Shown here: positions 53,372-64,000 of the stretch, piece by piece
Position numbering within the stretch: the first letter of the stretch is position 1
How the letters are laid out: each line of letters starts with the position of its first letter
Origin: an uncultured Actinomycetota bacterium
Lineage (GTDB): Bacteria > Actinomycetota > Actinomycetes > JAHEKZ01
Assembly: GCA_963743915.1 (NCBI GenBank)
Contig: CAVURN010000002.1
Span: 32,001-96,000 of the forward strand
DNA: 64,000 nucleotides
Direction of reading: 5' to 3'
Program-made: the position numbers and the translations under genes
Notes under the pieces: model-generated
Seen by the model: the letters and a program-made list of their open reading frames with translations, nothing else
What the model was told of the DNA's origin: nothing
Databases searched by the model: none

Positions 53372-55078
53372 GTGGCAACACCCACGAGCACACGACCGGG
53401 CCGGGCCCTGCTCGTGCTGCTGGTCATCGCGGTGGCGATGGGCGGCTGGATGCTGTGGAAGGGCGTGAACACCCCGCGGCTGGGCCTGGACCTGCAGGGG
53501 GGGACCACGGTGACGCTGGTCCCGTCGCCGGCGCCGGGGGAGACCGGGACGATCACCGACGAGGCGATCGACCAGGCGGTCCAGATCATCGCCGCCCGCG
53601 TCAACGGCTTCGGTGTCGCTGAGGCCGAGGTCTCGGCGCAGGGTCGCGGTGAGAACGCCGTCATCGTGGTCTCGGTGCCCGGCGCGACGGAGAGCGACCT
53701 GGTCGACCAGCTCGGACAGACGGCCCGCCTGGGCTTCCGACCCGTGCTCGACGCCCAGCCGGCCGGCGCCGTGCCCACGCCGTCGCCGAGTCCGACGAAG
53801 GACAAGAAGAACAACCAGGGGGCGAACGGCTCGCTCGTGCCGAGACTCATGCCGGGAACCGCGACAGATGCCTCGGCCGCAAGCGACACGCGCGCCGGGA
53901 AGAACGACCCGAGCCCGTCACCGACCCCGACGCAGACGACCGACCCAGCAGCAGCTCCGACCGCAGACGGACAGCCGCCGGCCGAGCTGCAGCAGCGGTA
54001 CCTCGAGCTCGACTGCACTGACCCCGAGAGCCAGCAGGTGGGTGCGGAGTTCGCGGACGACCAGTACGCGATCGCCTGTGACCGGAACGGGGCCGAGAAG
54101 TTTCTGCTCGGCCCGGTGGCAGTTCCGGGGTCGGACGTCGAGAGCGCGCAGGCCGGGCTGGACTCGCAGAACGCGTCCGGGTGGATCGTGCAGCTCGACT
54201 TCAACGGGGAGGGCACCAAGACCTTCGGTGCGATCACCGCCGAGATGGCCACGCAGCCACCGGACAGCCCGGGCAACCGGTTCGCGATCGTCCTGGACGG
54301 GGTGGTCATCTCCGCACCAGGTGTCAACGAGGCGATCCCCGGGGGGCAGGCGCAGATCTCCGGTCGGTTCACCCAGGCTGAGGCGACCGATCTGGCCAAC
54401 GTTCTGAAGTACGGAGCGCTGCCGCTCACCTTCGAGATCGGTGAGCGCAACACGGTGTCGCCAACGCTCGGCGAGGAGCAGCTCCAGGCGGGCCTGATCG
54501 CGGGAGGCCTCGGCCTGATCCTGGTCGTTGTCTACCTGCTGCTGTACTACCGCGCGCTCGCGTTGGTCGCCGTGGCCAGCCTCGTCATCGCCGGCGCGCT
54601 CACCTACGCGACCGTCGTGATCCTCGGCGAGACGATCGGGTTCGCGCTGACGTTGGCGGGGGTGGCGGGTCTGATCGTGGCGATCGGAATCACCGCCGAC
54701 TCGTTCATCGTCTATTTCGAACGCATCCGCGACGAGGTGCGCGACGGCAGGTCGGTCCGGGCGGCGCTCGAGGCCGGCTGGATCCGCGCGCGGCGGACCA
54801 TCGTCGCCGCCGACTTCATCTCGCTGATCGCAGCGGTGGTGCTGTACGTGCTGTCGGTGGGGAGTGTGCGGGGGTTCGCCTTCACGCTCGGCCTGACGAC
54901 GGTCATCGACCTCCTGGTCGTCTTCCTCTTCACCAAGCCGGTCGTGACGCTGCTGGCGCGTACCCGCTTCTTCAGCGGCGGCAGCAAGTGGTCGGGGCTC
55001 TCCATCGAACGTCTCGGGGGTCGGGCTCCGACGCCTACGGCGCAGCGACCCGGACGTCGCACGGCGAAGGAGGCCTGA
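53372..55078 (+). CDS. secD: Protein translocase subunit SecD
   Basis: LGLDLQGG, FAIVLDG, LKYGALP, GITADSFIVYFERIRDE, VRGFAFTLG. Confidence 0.95.
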   Translation: MATPTSTRPGRALLVLLVIAVAMGGWMLWKGVNTPRLGLDLQGGTTVTLVPSPAPGETGTITDEAIDQAVQIIAARVNGFGVAEAEVSAQGRGENAVIVVSVPGATESDLVDQLGQTARLGFRPVLDAQPAGAVPTPSPSPTKDKKNNQGANGSLVPRLMPGTATDASAASDTRAGKNDPSPSPTPTQTTDPAAAPTADGQPPAELQQRYLELDCTDPESQQVGAEFADDQYAIACDRNGAEKFLLGPVAVPGSDVESAQAGLDSQNASGWIVQLDFNGEGTKTFGAITAEMATQPPDSPGNRFAIVLDGVVISAPGVNEAIPGGQAQISGRFTQAEATDLANVLKYGALPLTFEIGERNTVSPTLGEEQLQAGLIAGGLGLILVVVYLLLYYRALALVAVASLVIAGALTYATVVILGETIGFALTLAGVAGLIVAIGITADSFIVYFERIRDEVRDGRSVRAALEAGWIRARRTIVAADFISLIAAVVLYVLSVGSVRGFAFTLGLTTVIDLLVVFLFTKPVVTLLARTRFFSGGSKWSGLSIERLGGRAPTPTAQRPGRRTAKEA

Positions 55079-55079
55079 C

Positions 55080-56195
55080 ATGAGCCGGCTGCACGATCTC
55101 ACCTCGGGTCTCTATCGCGGCGACGTCTCGTTCGACTTCGTCGGTCGCGCTCGCACCTGGTACGTGCTCTCGGCGGTGCTGCTGCTGCTGTCCATCGGCG
55201 CCATCGCCGTGAACGGGCTGAAGTTCGGGGTCGAGTTCTCGGGTGGCTCGGTCTTCACGGTGCAGAGCGAGACCTGCGACGTCGAGGTGGCGCGTGACGC
55301 GGCAGCGGAGCAGGTCCCTGAAGGCGTGCCGATCGTCACCGAGCTGACCGGTTCGAGCGGACGGGCTCTGCGTGTCCAGACCGTGGACATGACGCCGACC
55401 GAGACGGCGGCGGTGAGCCAGTCGCTGGCCGATGCCTGTGACGTGCCCCTCGACGAGATCTCCACGCAGGTGATCGGCCCGTCATGGGGTGAGCAGATCA
55501 CCAACAAGGCCCTCGCCGGGCTTGCGGTCTTCCTGGTGCTGATCGTCATCTACCTCTCGATCACCTTCGAGTGGCGGATGGCGGTCGCCGCGATCGTGGC
55601 GCTCTTCCACGACGTCTTCATCACGGTGGGCATCTACGCGCTCGTCGGCTTCGAGGTCACCCCGGCCACCGTGATCGGCGTTCTCACGATCCTCGGGTAC
55701 TCGCTGTACGACACCGTGGTCGTCTTCGACAAGGTGAAGGAGAACACCCGCGGGCTGCAGGCCACCAGCAGGATGACCTACAGCGAGGCGGCCAACCTGG
55801 CGGTCAACCAGACGCTGATCCGGTCGATCAACACCTCGATCGTGGGACTGCTGCCTGTCGCCGCGCTGCTCTTCGTCGGTGCGTACGTGCTGGGTGCCGG
55901 CACGCTGAAGGACCTCGCGCTCGCCCTCTTCGTGGGGATCGCGGTCGGCACCTACTCGTCGATCTTCGTGGCGACGCCGGTGCTCGCGCAGCTGAAGGAG
56001 CGCGAGCCGTCGATGCAGGCGCTCGCCAAGCGGGTGCAGGCCCGCCGAAGCGGTGGACGCGACGCCGTCGCCACGGCGACCGCCACCGTCGGTGGGTCAT
56101 CAGCGACGGGGGCCGACGGGTCGTCGGCGACCGTCCGGGCACCGAAGCAGGGTCCACGGAACCAGCCGAAGCGCAAACCCAAACGCAAGCGCTAG
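55080..56195 (+). CDS. secF: Protein translocase subunit SecF
   Basis: GVEFSGG, GPSWG, GYSLYDTVVVFDKV, NQTLIRSINTS, GTYSSIF. Confidence 0.95.
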   Translation: MSRLHDLTSGLYRGDVSFDFVGRARTWYVLSAVLLLLSIGAIAVNGLKFGVEFSGGSVFTVQSETCDVEVARDAAAEQVPEGVPIVTELTGSSGRALRVQTVDMTPTETAAVSQSLADACDVPLDEISTQVIGPSWGEQITNKALAGLAVFLVLIVIYLSITFEWRMAVAAIVALFHDVFITVGIYALVGFEVTPATVIGVLTILGYSLYDTVVVFDKVKENTRGLQATSRMTYSEAANLAVNQTLIRSINTSIVGLLPVAALLFVGAYVLGAGTLKDLALALFVGIAVGTYSSIFVATPVLAQLKEREPSMQALAKRVQARRSGGRDAVATATATVGGSSATGADGSSATVRAPKQGPRNQPKRKPKRKR

Positions 56196-56354
56196 GCGTA
56201 CTCGCTCCGGGCGCACGGAGGGTACGACGCACCCCACTTGATTACTATTGAGTCATCCAGTGGAGGGACGGTGCAGCGGTGGACGACGAGACCGGCTCTG
56301 CGACGGTGAGTCCTGAGCCTGTCGGCGCGCCCACGGCCACCACCACGGCCCGCC

Positions 56355-58604
56355 GTGTCGCCTCCTCCGTCCCCCTCCACCCCGCCTCCGCACCAGACCC
56401 GGATGCGAGCGGCACTGGCCCGCCTGGGGGGCGGCGGACGCGTGCAGTACCCCGAGCTCGAGCCGATCGTGCGCTCGGTGCGCTCGGTGCACCCCAAGGC
56501 CGACGTCAAGGTGATCGAGCGTGCCTACGAGGTCGCCGAACGCAAGCATCGGGGGCAGCTGCGTCGCAGTGGCGAGCCCTACATCACCCACCCGCTGGCG
56601 GTGACGCAGATCCTGGCGGACCTCGGCATGACGCCCCCGACCCTGTGCGCCGGACTGCTCCACGACACCATCGAGGACACCGACTACTCGCTGGAGCAGC
56701 TTCGCGGAGAGTTCGGGGACGAGATCGCCCTGCTGGTCGACGGCGTCACCAAGCTGGACAAGGTCAAGTACGGCCAAGCGGCGCAGGCCGAGACCACGCG
56801 CAAGATGGTGGTCGCGATGGCGCGCGACATCCGGGTGCTGGTCATCAAGCTCTGCGACCGGCTGCACAACATGCGGACCCTCCGCTACCTCCCGCCGGAG
56901 AAGCAGCAGTCGAAGGCACGCGAGACGCTCGAGATCTACGCGCCACTCGCGCACCGGCTCGGCATGAACGCGATCAAGTGGGAGCTGGAGGACCTCTCCT
57001 TCGGCACGCTCTACCCCAAGCGGTACGAGGAGATCGTGAGTCTGGTCGAGCGTCGCGCGCCCAGTCGCGACCAGTTCCTCGACGACGTGATCCACGACGT
57101 CGACCAGGCGCTGCACGAGGCGCGCATCGACGCCCAGGTCACCGGTCGGCCGAAGCACTACTACAGCGTCTACCAGAAGATGATCGTCAGGGGCCGTGAC
57201 TTCGCGGACATCTATGACCTGGTCGGGCTTCGTGTGCTGGTCGACTCGGTGCGCGACTGCTATGCGGCTCTGGGTGTCATCCACGCGCGCTGGAACCCTG
57301 TTCCGGGGCGCTTCAAGGACTACATCGCGATGCCCAAGTTCAACATGTACCAGTCGCTGCACACGACGGTGATCGGGCCCGAGGGCAAGCCGGTCGAGCT
57401 GCAGATCCGTACGCACGCGATGCACCGCCGTGCCGAGTACGGCGTGGCTGCGCACTGGAAGTACAAGGAGAGCCCAGGAGCCACGACGACGCAGGACGAC
57501 ATGGCGTGGCTGCGACAGCTGCTCGACTGGCAGCAGGAGACGTCCGACCCTGGGGAGTTCCTCGAGTCGCTGCGGTTCGAGATCAGCGGCAGCGAGGTGT
57601 TCGTCTTCACCCCCAAGGGTGACGTGGTCGCGCTGGTCACCGGTGCCACGCCGGTCGACTTCGCGTACGCGGTGCACACCGAGGTGGGACACCGGACCGT
57701 GGGAGCGCGGGTGAACGGGCGACTGGTGCCCCTCGACTCGGTGCTCGAGAACGGCGACGTCGTCGAGGTGATCACCTCCAAGTCCGAGGGATCGGGCCCG
57801 AGCCAGGACTGGCTCGGCTTCGTCAAGTCACCGCGTGCTCGGAACAAGATCCGCGCCTGGTTCTCCAAGGAGAGGCGCGACGAGGCCGTCGAGCACGGCA
57901 AGGACGCGCTCACCCGCGCCATGCGCAAGCAGGGGCTGCCGATGCAGCGGGTCCTCAGCGGCCCCGCGCTGCTGTCGGTCTCAGCCGACCTGCGGCTGAA
58001 GGACATCTCGTCGCTGTACGCGGCGATCGGGGAGGGGCACGTCAGTGCTCAGACAGTCGTGCGCCGGCTGGTCGACGCCCTCGGCGGTGAGGAGGGTGCG
58101 TCGGAGGACATCGCCGAGGCCGCCTCGCCCACGCGACCTGCGCGCCTGCGGACCGGGGAGGACCCGGGTGTCGTGGTCAAGGGCGTCGACGACGTGTGGG
58201 TCAAGCTGGCCCGTTGCTGCACCCCCGTGCCCGGGGACACGATCGTCGGGTTCGTCACCCGTGCGAGCGGCGTGTCGGTCCACCGGTCGAACTGCGTCAA
58301 CGTCGCTGCGCTCGCCGAGGACCGGTTCGTCGACGTGCAGTGGGCACCGACCGCGTCGAGCGTGTTCCTGGTCTCGATCCAGGTCGAGGCGCTCGACCGC
58401 GCCCGGCTGCTCTCCGACGTGACGCGGGTGCTGTCCGACCAGCACGTCAACATCCTGAGCGCCTCCGTCACCACCAGTCGTGACCGGGTGGCCCTGTCCC
58501 GCTTCACCTTCGAGATGGGGGACACCCGTCACCTGGGGCATGTCCTCGGCGCCGTCCGCGGCATCGAGGGTGTGTACGACGTCTACCGGCTGACCAACGC
58601 CTGA
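56355..58604 (+). CDS. relA: Bifunctional (p)ppGpp synthetase/hydrolase (start uncertain; may be 56279 with a frameshift)
   Basis: [41 protein letters not shown] domain, LARCC, ACT domain. Confidence 0.93.
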   Translation: MSPPPSPSTPPPHQTRMRAALARLGGGGRVQYPELEPIVRSVRSVHPKADVKVIERAYEVAERKHRGQLRRSGEPYITHPLAVTQILADLGMTPPTLCAGLLHDTIEDTDYSLEQLRGEFGDEIALLVDGVTKLDKVKYGQAAQAETTRKMVVAMARDIRVLVIKLCDRLHNMRTLRYLPPEKQQSKARETLEIYAPLAHRLGMNAIKWELEDLSFGTLYPKRYEEIVSLVERRAPSRDQFLDDVIHDVDQALHEARIDAQVTGRPKHYYSVYQKMIVRGRDFADIYDLVGLRVLVDSVRDCYAALGVIHARWNPVPGRFKDYIAMPKFNMYQSLHTTVIGPEGKPVELQIRTHAMHRRAEYGVAAHWKYKESPGATTTQDDMAWLRQLLDWQQETSDPGEFLESLRFEISGSEVFVFTPKGDVVALVTGATPVDFAYAVHTEVGHRTVGARVNGRLVPLDSVLENGDVVEVITSKSEGSGPSQDWLGFVKSPRARNKIRAWFSKERRDEAVEHGKDALTRAMRKQGLPMQRVLSGPALLSVSADLRLKDISSLYAAIGEGHVSAQTVVRRLVDALGGEEGASEDIAEAASPTRPARLRTGEDPGVVVKGVDDVWVKLARCCTPVPGDTIVGFVTRASGVSVHRSNCVNVAALAEDRFVDVQWAPTASSVFLVSIQVEALDRARLLSDVTRVLSDQHVNILSASVTTSRDRVALSRFTFEMGDTRHLGHVLGAVRGIEGVYDVYRLTNA

Positions 58605-58608
58605 GGCG

Positions 58609-59919
58609 TCAGCCGCCGAACTCCTCCAACGTCGCCTGCGCCTGCTCCAGCCACTCCCGACGAGCCGTCAGCGCAGCCTGCACCTCGTCCTCGGTGCGGG
58701 AGTCACCCGAGGCCCGAGCGGCGGCCAGCTGCTTCTCGAGCTTGGCGATCGAGGCAGTCAGCTGGTCGGCGGTTGCTGATGCCCGCGCGCGCGCCTCCGG
58801 ATTCGTGCGCTTCCATCGCGTCTCCTCGGCCTGCCGGACCGCCTGCTCCACCTGCTGCAGGCGGCGTTCGACGGCTGGACGGTCGGCGCGGGGGACGTGG
58901 CCGATCTGCGCCCAGCGGTCCTGGATGGAGCGCAGCGAGCTGCGAGCGGCGTCGAGGTCCTTCACGGGCAGCAGACGCTCGGCCTCCTCGGCGAGCTGCT
59001 GCTTGGCCTGCAGGTTCTGCTGCTGCTCCGCGTCCCGTTCGGAGAAGACCTCTGACCGCGCTGTGAAGAAGGTGTCCTGTGCAGCCTTGAACCGCGCCCA
59101 CAGCTCGTTCTCCGCCTCGCGGGTGGCAGGCCCGGCGGCTTTCCACCGCTGCATCAGTCCTCGGAAGGCGTTCGCCGTGGGCCCCCAGTCCTTGCTGGAC
59201 GCCAGAGCCTCCGCCTCCTTGACGATCTTCTCCTTGACCGCGACCGCCTCGGCGCGTTGGCTGTCCCGCTGCGCGAACCAGGCGCGGCGTCGCTTCTCGA
59301 AGGTGCTGCGCGCGTGGCTCAGGCGCTTCCAGAGCTCCTGCTCGGTGGCCCGGTCCGTGTGCGGTGCCGTGCGCCACTCCTCGACCAGGGCTCGGAAGCG
59401 GTCCCCCGTGGCCTTCCACTGCGTGCTCTCGGAGAGCTTCTCGGCCTCGGCGACGAGTGCCTCGCGACGCGCCTTCGCCTCGGCCTTGGCGTGCTCGCGC
59501 TCCGCCTTGCGGGCCGCGCGCCGCTCGTCCACGACGGCGACGAGTGCGTCGAGCCGGGCCGAGAGCGCCTTGAGGTCGCCGACGCACGAGGGAGGGTCGA
59601 CCTGCTCGCGGAGCTTCCCGATCGCCGCCATGGCCTCGTCCGGCGGCAGGCCGGCGTCGGTGAGCCGGTGGGCGAGCAGGTCGATCTCGACCGAGAGCGT
59701 CGCGTACTTGCGCTCGTAGAACCGCAGCCCCTCGGCGGGGGACCCGGCAAGCCACTGCCCGACCAGGGCCTCGCCGTCGGCGGTCCGCACGTACACCGCT
59801 CCGTTCTCGTCGGCGCGACCCCACGGCTGCGGGGCCGGCGCGGCGCTGCGTCCGGGCGGCGGGGTCGGACGCGGGACAGCTCCCGGGGCCGAGGGTGGCC
59901 GCGGAGTCGGCTCGCTCAT
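58609..59919 (-). CDS. DUF349 domain protein
   Basis: WGRADENGAVYVRT; repeated K..L..EAE.L...W motifs, ELW.RF..A.D.FF. Confidence 0.85.
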   Translation of the reverse strand: MSEPTPRPPSAPGAVPRPTPPPGRSAAPAPQPWGRADENGAVYVRTADGEALVGQWLAGSPAEGLRFYERKYATLSVEIDLLAHRLTDAGLPPDEAMAAIGKLREQVDPPSCVGDLKALSARLDALVAVVDERRAARKAEREHAKAEAKARREALVAEAEKLSESTQWKATGDRFRALVEEWRTAPHTDRATEQELWKRLSHARSTFEKRRRAWFAQRDSQRAEAVAVKEKIVKEAEALASSKDWGPTANAFRGLMQRWKAAGPATREAENELWARFKAAQDTFFTARSEVFSERDAEQQQNLQAKQQLAEEAERLLPVKDLDAARSSLRSIQDRWAQIGHVPRADRPAVERRLQQVEQAVRQAEETRWKRTNPEARARASATADQLTASIAKLEKQLAAARASGDSRTEDEVQAALTARREWLEQAQATLEEFGG

Positions 59920-60665
59920 GCGGGCTCCTGGATACGAGCGGCGGTGATGGTCAACGGCGTGGCCGGGGGACCGTCGCCGGCGGTGGGGGAGCTGGGGTCC
60001 ACGCCGTCCTTGGCGATGGACTCGACGACCTCGAGACCGCTGGTCACGCGTCCGACGATGGTGTAGTCGGGCGGCAGGGTGGTGTCGCGGTACACGAGGA
60101 AGAACTGGCTGCCCGCCTCACCACCTTGGGGCTCGGCCATGGCGACGCTGCCCTTGGGGTAGTTGCCCTTGGTGTCCTTGGGGAGGTTCTCGTCGGCCGT
60201 CGTGTACCCCGGACCGCCCGAACCGGTGCCGGACCGGTCGCCGCACTGCAGCACGTAGATGCCCTCGGTGGTGAGTCGGTGGCACGACGTCCCGTCGAAG
60301 TACCCCTCACCCGCCAGGAAGGCCAGTGAGTTGGAGTTCTTGGGCGCCTGCCGGGTGTCGAGGGCGATGGTGATCGGACCCTGGTCGGTGTCGAGGACCA
60401 GGTCGGCCGAGGTGCCCTTCGGGAGCGCGTCCCCGGCGGCGTCGTAGGTGAACGTGTCCTGGCCCGCCGCGGGGGTCGTGGGCTCGTCGTCGGACGTGCT
60501 CTGCCACAGGAACCAGCCACCGACGGCGACAACGGCGACTCCGGCCACGCTCGCGATGACCACCTGCCGGCGCCGGCGGCGCTCCGCCTTGGTGTGCTGC
60601 CGGGCGAGGTACGCCTCGTGCCGCGCCCGCGCCTTCGCCCTGCGCTGCTGCTGGGTGGGGGACAC
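59916..60665 (-). CDS. Membrane-anchored cyclophilin-type peptidyl-prolyl isomerase
   Basis: TM helix, then YFDGTSCHRL, LQCGD.SGTGSGGPGY, GSQFFLVY. Confidence 0.88.
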   Translation of the reverse strand: MSPTQQQRRAKARARHEAYLARQHTKAERRRRRQVVIASVAGVAVVAVGGWFLWQSTSDDEPTTPAAGQDTFTYDAAGDALPKGTSADLVLDTDQGPITIALDTRQAPKNSNSLAFLAGEGYFDGTSCHRLTTEGIYVLQCGDRSGTGSGGPGYTTADENLPKDTKGNYPKGSVAMAEPQGGEAGSQFFLVYRDTTLPPDYTIVGRVTSGLEVVESIAKDGVDPSSPTAGDGPPATPLTITAARIQEPA

Positions 60666-60858
60666 CGCTCTCCTGCCTTCGGCCAGACCGGGCTTGCCCC
60701 GGTCGACGCACCAGTGTAGGTACCGAGGCCGCAGGTGGGTGCCAGGGTGACCGATAGGCTCTGCACGTTCCCCGCTGTCCGTCTCCGTGTCGTCCGTCAC
60801 GTGTGCCCGCACGTGGTGCACCCGGTCGCACACCGCCCTGCCCGAGGAGGAGCTGCTC

Positions 60859-61584
60859 GTGCTGGTCGCCGGCTTTCCCTCGGCCGCCTTCGGCACCAAC
60901 GTGTACGTGGTGGCCCCGGCCTCCGGCGAGGAGTGTGTGGTCGTCGACCCGGGCATCGAGGTGGTGCCGGGGCTGGACGCCCTGCTGGACGAGCATCGGC
61001 TCCGCCCGGTCGCCGTGCTGCTCACGCACGGACATCTGGACCACACGTTCTCGGTCGTCCCGGTCGCCGGCTCGCGCGGGATCCCCGCATACATCCATCC
61101 CGCGGACCGCGAGCTGCTGGCAGACCCGATGAAGGGCCTGAGCCGGGAGACCGCCGAGATGTTCGGGGGACGGCTGCAGTGGCAGGAGCCCGACGACGTC
61201 GCCGAGCTCACCGACCGTGGGCAGCTCCGTCTGGCAGGGCTCGAGATCAGCGTCGACCACGCTCCTGGCCACACCCCTGGCTCGGTGATGTTCCGGGTGC
61301 CGGGTGCACCGGAGGGGTTGTCAGGGCTCGACGACGTGCCGGGGCAGACGGTTCTCAGCGGTGACGTGCTCTTCGCGGGGTCGATCGGACGCACTGATCT
61401 GCCAGGGGGATCTCTGCCGCAGATGCTGACGTCACTGAGCGAGAAGGTGCTGCCGCTCGACGACGCCACCCTCGTGCTGCCCGGGCATGGCGGAGCGACC
61501 ACCATCGGTCGGGAGAGGAACTCCAACCCCTACCTGCTGGAGGCCGCCCGCGGCCGGGCAGCGGCACCGGCGAGAGGGCTGTAG
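60859..61584 (+). CDS. MBL-fold metallo-hydrolase (glyoxalase II-like)
   Basis: [32 protein letters not shown]; precedes hisS. Confidence 0.9.
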   Translation: MLVAGFPSAAFGTNVYVVAPASGEECVVVDPGIEVVPGLDALLDEHRLRPVAVLLTHGHLDHTFSVVPVAGSRGIPAYIHPADRELLADPMKGLSRETAEMFGGRLQWQEPDDVAELTDRGQLRLAGLEISVDHAPGHTPGSVMFRVPGAPEGLSGLDDVPGQTVLSGDVLFAGSIGRTDLPGGSLPQMLTSLSEKVLPLDDATLVLPGHGGATTIGRERNSNPYLLEAARGRAAAPARGL

Positions 61585-61586
61585 AC

Positions 61587-62957
61587 GTGGCCAAGATGGC
61601 CCCCCTGTCGGGCTTCCCGGAGCTCCTGCCCGAGCAGCGGATCGTCGAGCAGCAGCTGCTCGACACCGTGCGCCGGATCTTCGAGCTGCACGGCTTCAGC
61701 TCCCTCGAGACCCGGTCGGTGGAACCCCTCGAGCAGATGCTGCGCAAGGGCGAGATCGACAAGGAGGTCTACGTCCTCCGCCGGCTGCATGCCGAGGGTG
61801 ACGAGCAGCCACGCCACCAGCTGGGGCTGCACTTCGACCTGACTGTGCCGCTCGCGAGATACGTGCTGCAGCACGCCGGTCAGCTGGAGTTCCCGTTCCG
61901 CCGCTACCAGATCCAGAAGGCCTGGCGGGGGGAGCGACCGCAGGAGGGGCGCTACCGGGAGTTCACGCAAGCCGACATCGACGTGGTCGGACGCGAGACC
62001 CTCGCGTTCCACCACGAGGTCGAGGTCGCACTCGTGATGGCCGAGGTGTTCGCTGCCCTGCCCATCCCGCGGGCGACGGTGCGGGTGAACAACCGCAAGC
62101 TCGCCGAGGGCTTCTTCCTGGGGCTTGGTGCCGGCGACAGCGCAGCCGCGCTCCGCGCGATCGACAAGCTCGACAAGATCCCCGCGAAGGCCGTGTCCGA
62201 CCTGCTGGTGCAGGACGCGGGGCTGACCCCCGCCGCCGCGAGCCAGTGCTTGCAGCTGGCGGCCATCACGAGCGAGGACGTGAGCTTCGCGTCCCGCGTC
62301 CGGGAGCTGGGCGTCAGCCACCCGTTGCTCGACGAGGGGATCGACGAGCTGGTGGCCGTGGTCGGCAGCGCCCACGCCAGTCGGCCCGGCGCCGTCGTCG
62401 CGGATCTGCGGATCGCCCGCGGACTCGACTACTACACCGGCACGGTCTACGAGACCACCCTCGAGGGCTACGAGAGTCTCGGTTCCATCTGCTCCGGTGG
62501 CCGCTACGACGCACTGGCCAGCGACGGCCGCACGTCGTACCCAGGCGTCGGCATCTCGCTCGGCGTCTCCCGCCTGCTCGTCCCGCTACTGGCCGACGGT
62601 CGGATCACCGCCTCGCGGTCGGTCCCGACCTGCGTCCTGGTCGCGGTGGCCGACGAGGCGCACCGAGGAGTGTCCGACCGGGTGGCCGACGCCCTGCGGG
62701 CCCGCGGCATCAGCACGGAGGTGGCGCCGGCGGCTGCCAAGTTCGGCAAGCAGATCAGGCATGCGGACCGCCGGGGGATCCCCTTCGTCTGGTTCCCTGA
62801 CCCAACCGGCTCGGGCTCGGTGAAGGACATCCGCAGCGGCGACCAGGTCGACGCCGACCCGGACACCTGGATGCCGCCCCCCGAGGACCTGCAGCCGGCT
62901 GTTCGTGCAGCCGGCGCGCCCGACGACCCCGACCCCCGCATCCGAGGAGCCACGTTC
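61587..62957 (+). CDS. hisS: Histidyl-tRNA synthetase (no stop before aspS)
   Basis: [58 protein letters not shown]. Confidence 0.93.
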
Positions 62958-64000
62958 GTGATCCGCACCCGTGAAGCAGGCACCCTGCGCAGCCACGACG
63001 CGCAGGCCGAGGTCATCCTTGCCGGCTGGGTGGCCCGGCGGCGCGACCACGGCGGTGTGGCCTTCGTCGATCTGCGCGACGCGTCCGGCTCGGTGCAGGT
63101 GGTGATCCGTGACGTCGTGGTCGCCGACCAGCTGCGTCCGGAGTACTGCGTCAAGATCGTCGGCGAGGTGGCAGCGAGGCCGGAGGGCAACGAGAACCCC
63201 GACCTCGCCACCGGCGACATCGAGGTTCTCGCCACCGAGGTCGAGATCCTGAGCACGAGCGACCCGCTGCCGTTCCCCATCGACGAGCACCTGACCGTCG
63301 GCGAGGACTCCCGTCTGCGTCACCGCTACCTCGACCTCAGGCGCGAAGGTCCGGGCCGCGCACTCCGGCTGCGGGCCGCAGCCACCAAGGTGATCCGCTC
63401 CGTCATGGATGCCGAGGGCTTCCTCGAGATCGAGACTCCCTACCTCACCCGCTCGACACCGGAGGGCGCGCGCGACTTCCTGGTGCCGGTGCGGCTCCAG
63501 CCGGGCCACTGGTATGCCCTGCCGCAGTCACCCCAGCTGTTCAAGCAGCTGCTGATGGTCGCGGGCATGGAGCGCTACTACCAGGTTGTGCGGTGCTTCC
63601 GCGACGAGGACTTCCGGGCCGACCGGCAGCCGGAGTTCACCCAGCTCGACCTCGAGATGTCCTTCGTCGACCAGGACGACGTCATGACGGTCGCAGAGGC
63701 GGTGGTGTCCTCCCTCTGGCGTGAGATCCATGGATACGAGATCTCCCTCCCGCTGCCCCGCATGACGTACGCCGAAGCCATGCAGCGCTTCGGCAGCGAC
63801 AAGCCGGACGTGCGGTTCGGCAACGAGCTGGTCGATGTCACCGAGTACTTCAAGGACACCTCCTTCCGGGTGTTCCAGGCCGAGCACGTCGGCGCCGTCG
63901 TCATGCCCGGAGGTGCCTCGCAGACCCGCAAGGAGCTCGATGCGTGGCAGGACTGGGCCAAGGCGCGGGGGGCGCGGGGGTTGGCGTACGTCCTGGTGGG
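62958..64000 (+). CDS. aspS: Aspartyl-tRNA synthetase, runs off the window edge
   Basis: GAGGAG RBS; [66 protein letters not shown]. Confidence 0.95.
   Translation, partial: MIRTREAGTLRSHDAQAEVILAGWVARRRDHGGVAFVDLRDASGSVQVVIRDVVVADQLRPEYCVKIVGEVAARPEGNENPDLATGDIEVLATEVEILSTSDPLPFPIDEHLTVGEDSRLRHRYLDLRREGPGRALRLRAAATKVIRSVMDAEGFLEIETPYLTRSTPEGARDFLVPVRLQPGHWYALPQSPQLFKQLLMVAGMERYYQVVRCFRDEDFRADRQPEFTQLDLEMSFVDQDDVMTVAEAVVSSLWREIHGYEISLPLPRMTYAEAMQRFGSDKPDVRFGNELVDVTEYFKDTSFRVFQAEHVGAVVMPGGASQTRKELDAWQDWAKARGARGLAYVLV

Noticed and set aside
56196-56354. No apt gene between secF and relA
   Set aside because: Ordinary lineage-level gene order variation.

Overview
High-GC actinobacterial chromosome, mostly core genes. 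From left to right: the end of a sulfated-polysaccharide cluster (Wzz/Wzc-like, sulfotransferase, Wzy/ligase-like, flippase); a kinase-aminotransferase III fusion; ligC; zapE; a sirA-cysH-cysG-cbiX sulfur operon with a Cys-containing leader peptide; DUF2252; an adenylation-carrier-acyltransferase gene behind an IdeR-type box; small accessory ORFs; a ~1.4 kb hairpin-rich, mostly non-coding region below a tRNA Gly-Cys-Val operon; hutH, hutU and hutI interleaved with chorismate-binding and aminotransferase IV genes; tRNA-Val(CAC); then the conserved thrS-HIT-EF-G2-pgsA-patA-pimA-pdxST-yebC-ruvCAB-yajC-secDF-rel-hisS-aspS block, with a LexA-boxed DUF222/HNH gene between yebC and ruvC. Many short frameshifts, including in thrS, point to indel errors in the assembly. 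The best novelty candidate is an array of C-rich-loop (6C-like) hairpins co-oriented with the tRNA operon. Stop-less hisS-aspS and ruvB-yajC junctions need read-level checking. All protein calls come from motif and synteny recognition by eye; no database search was run.
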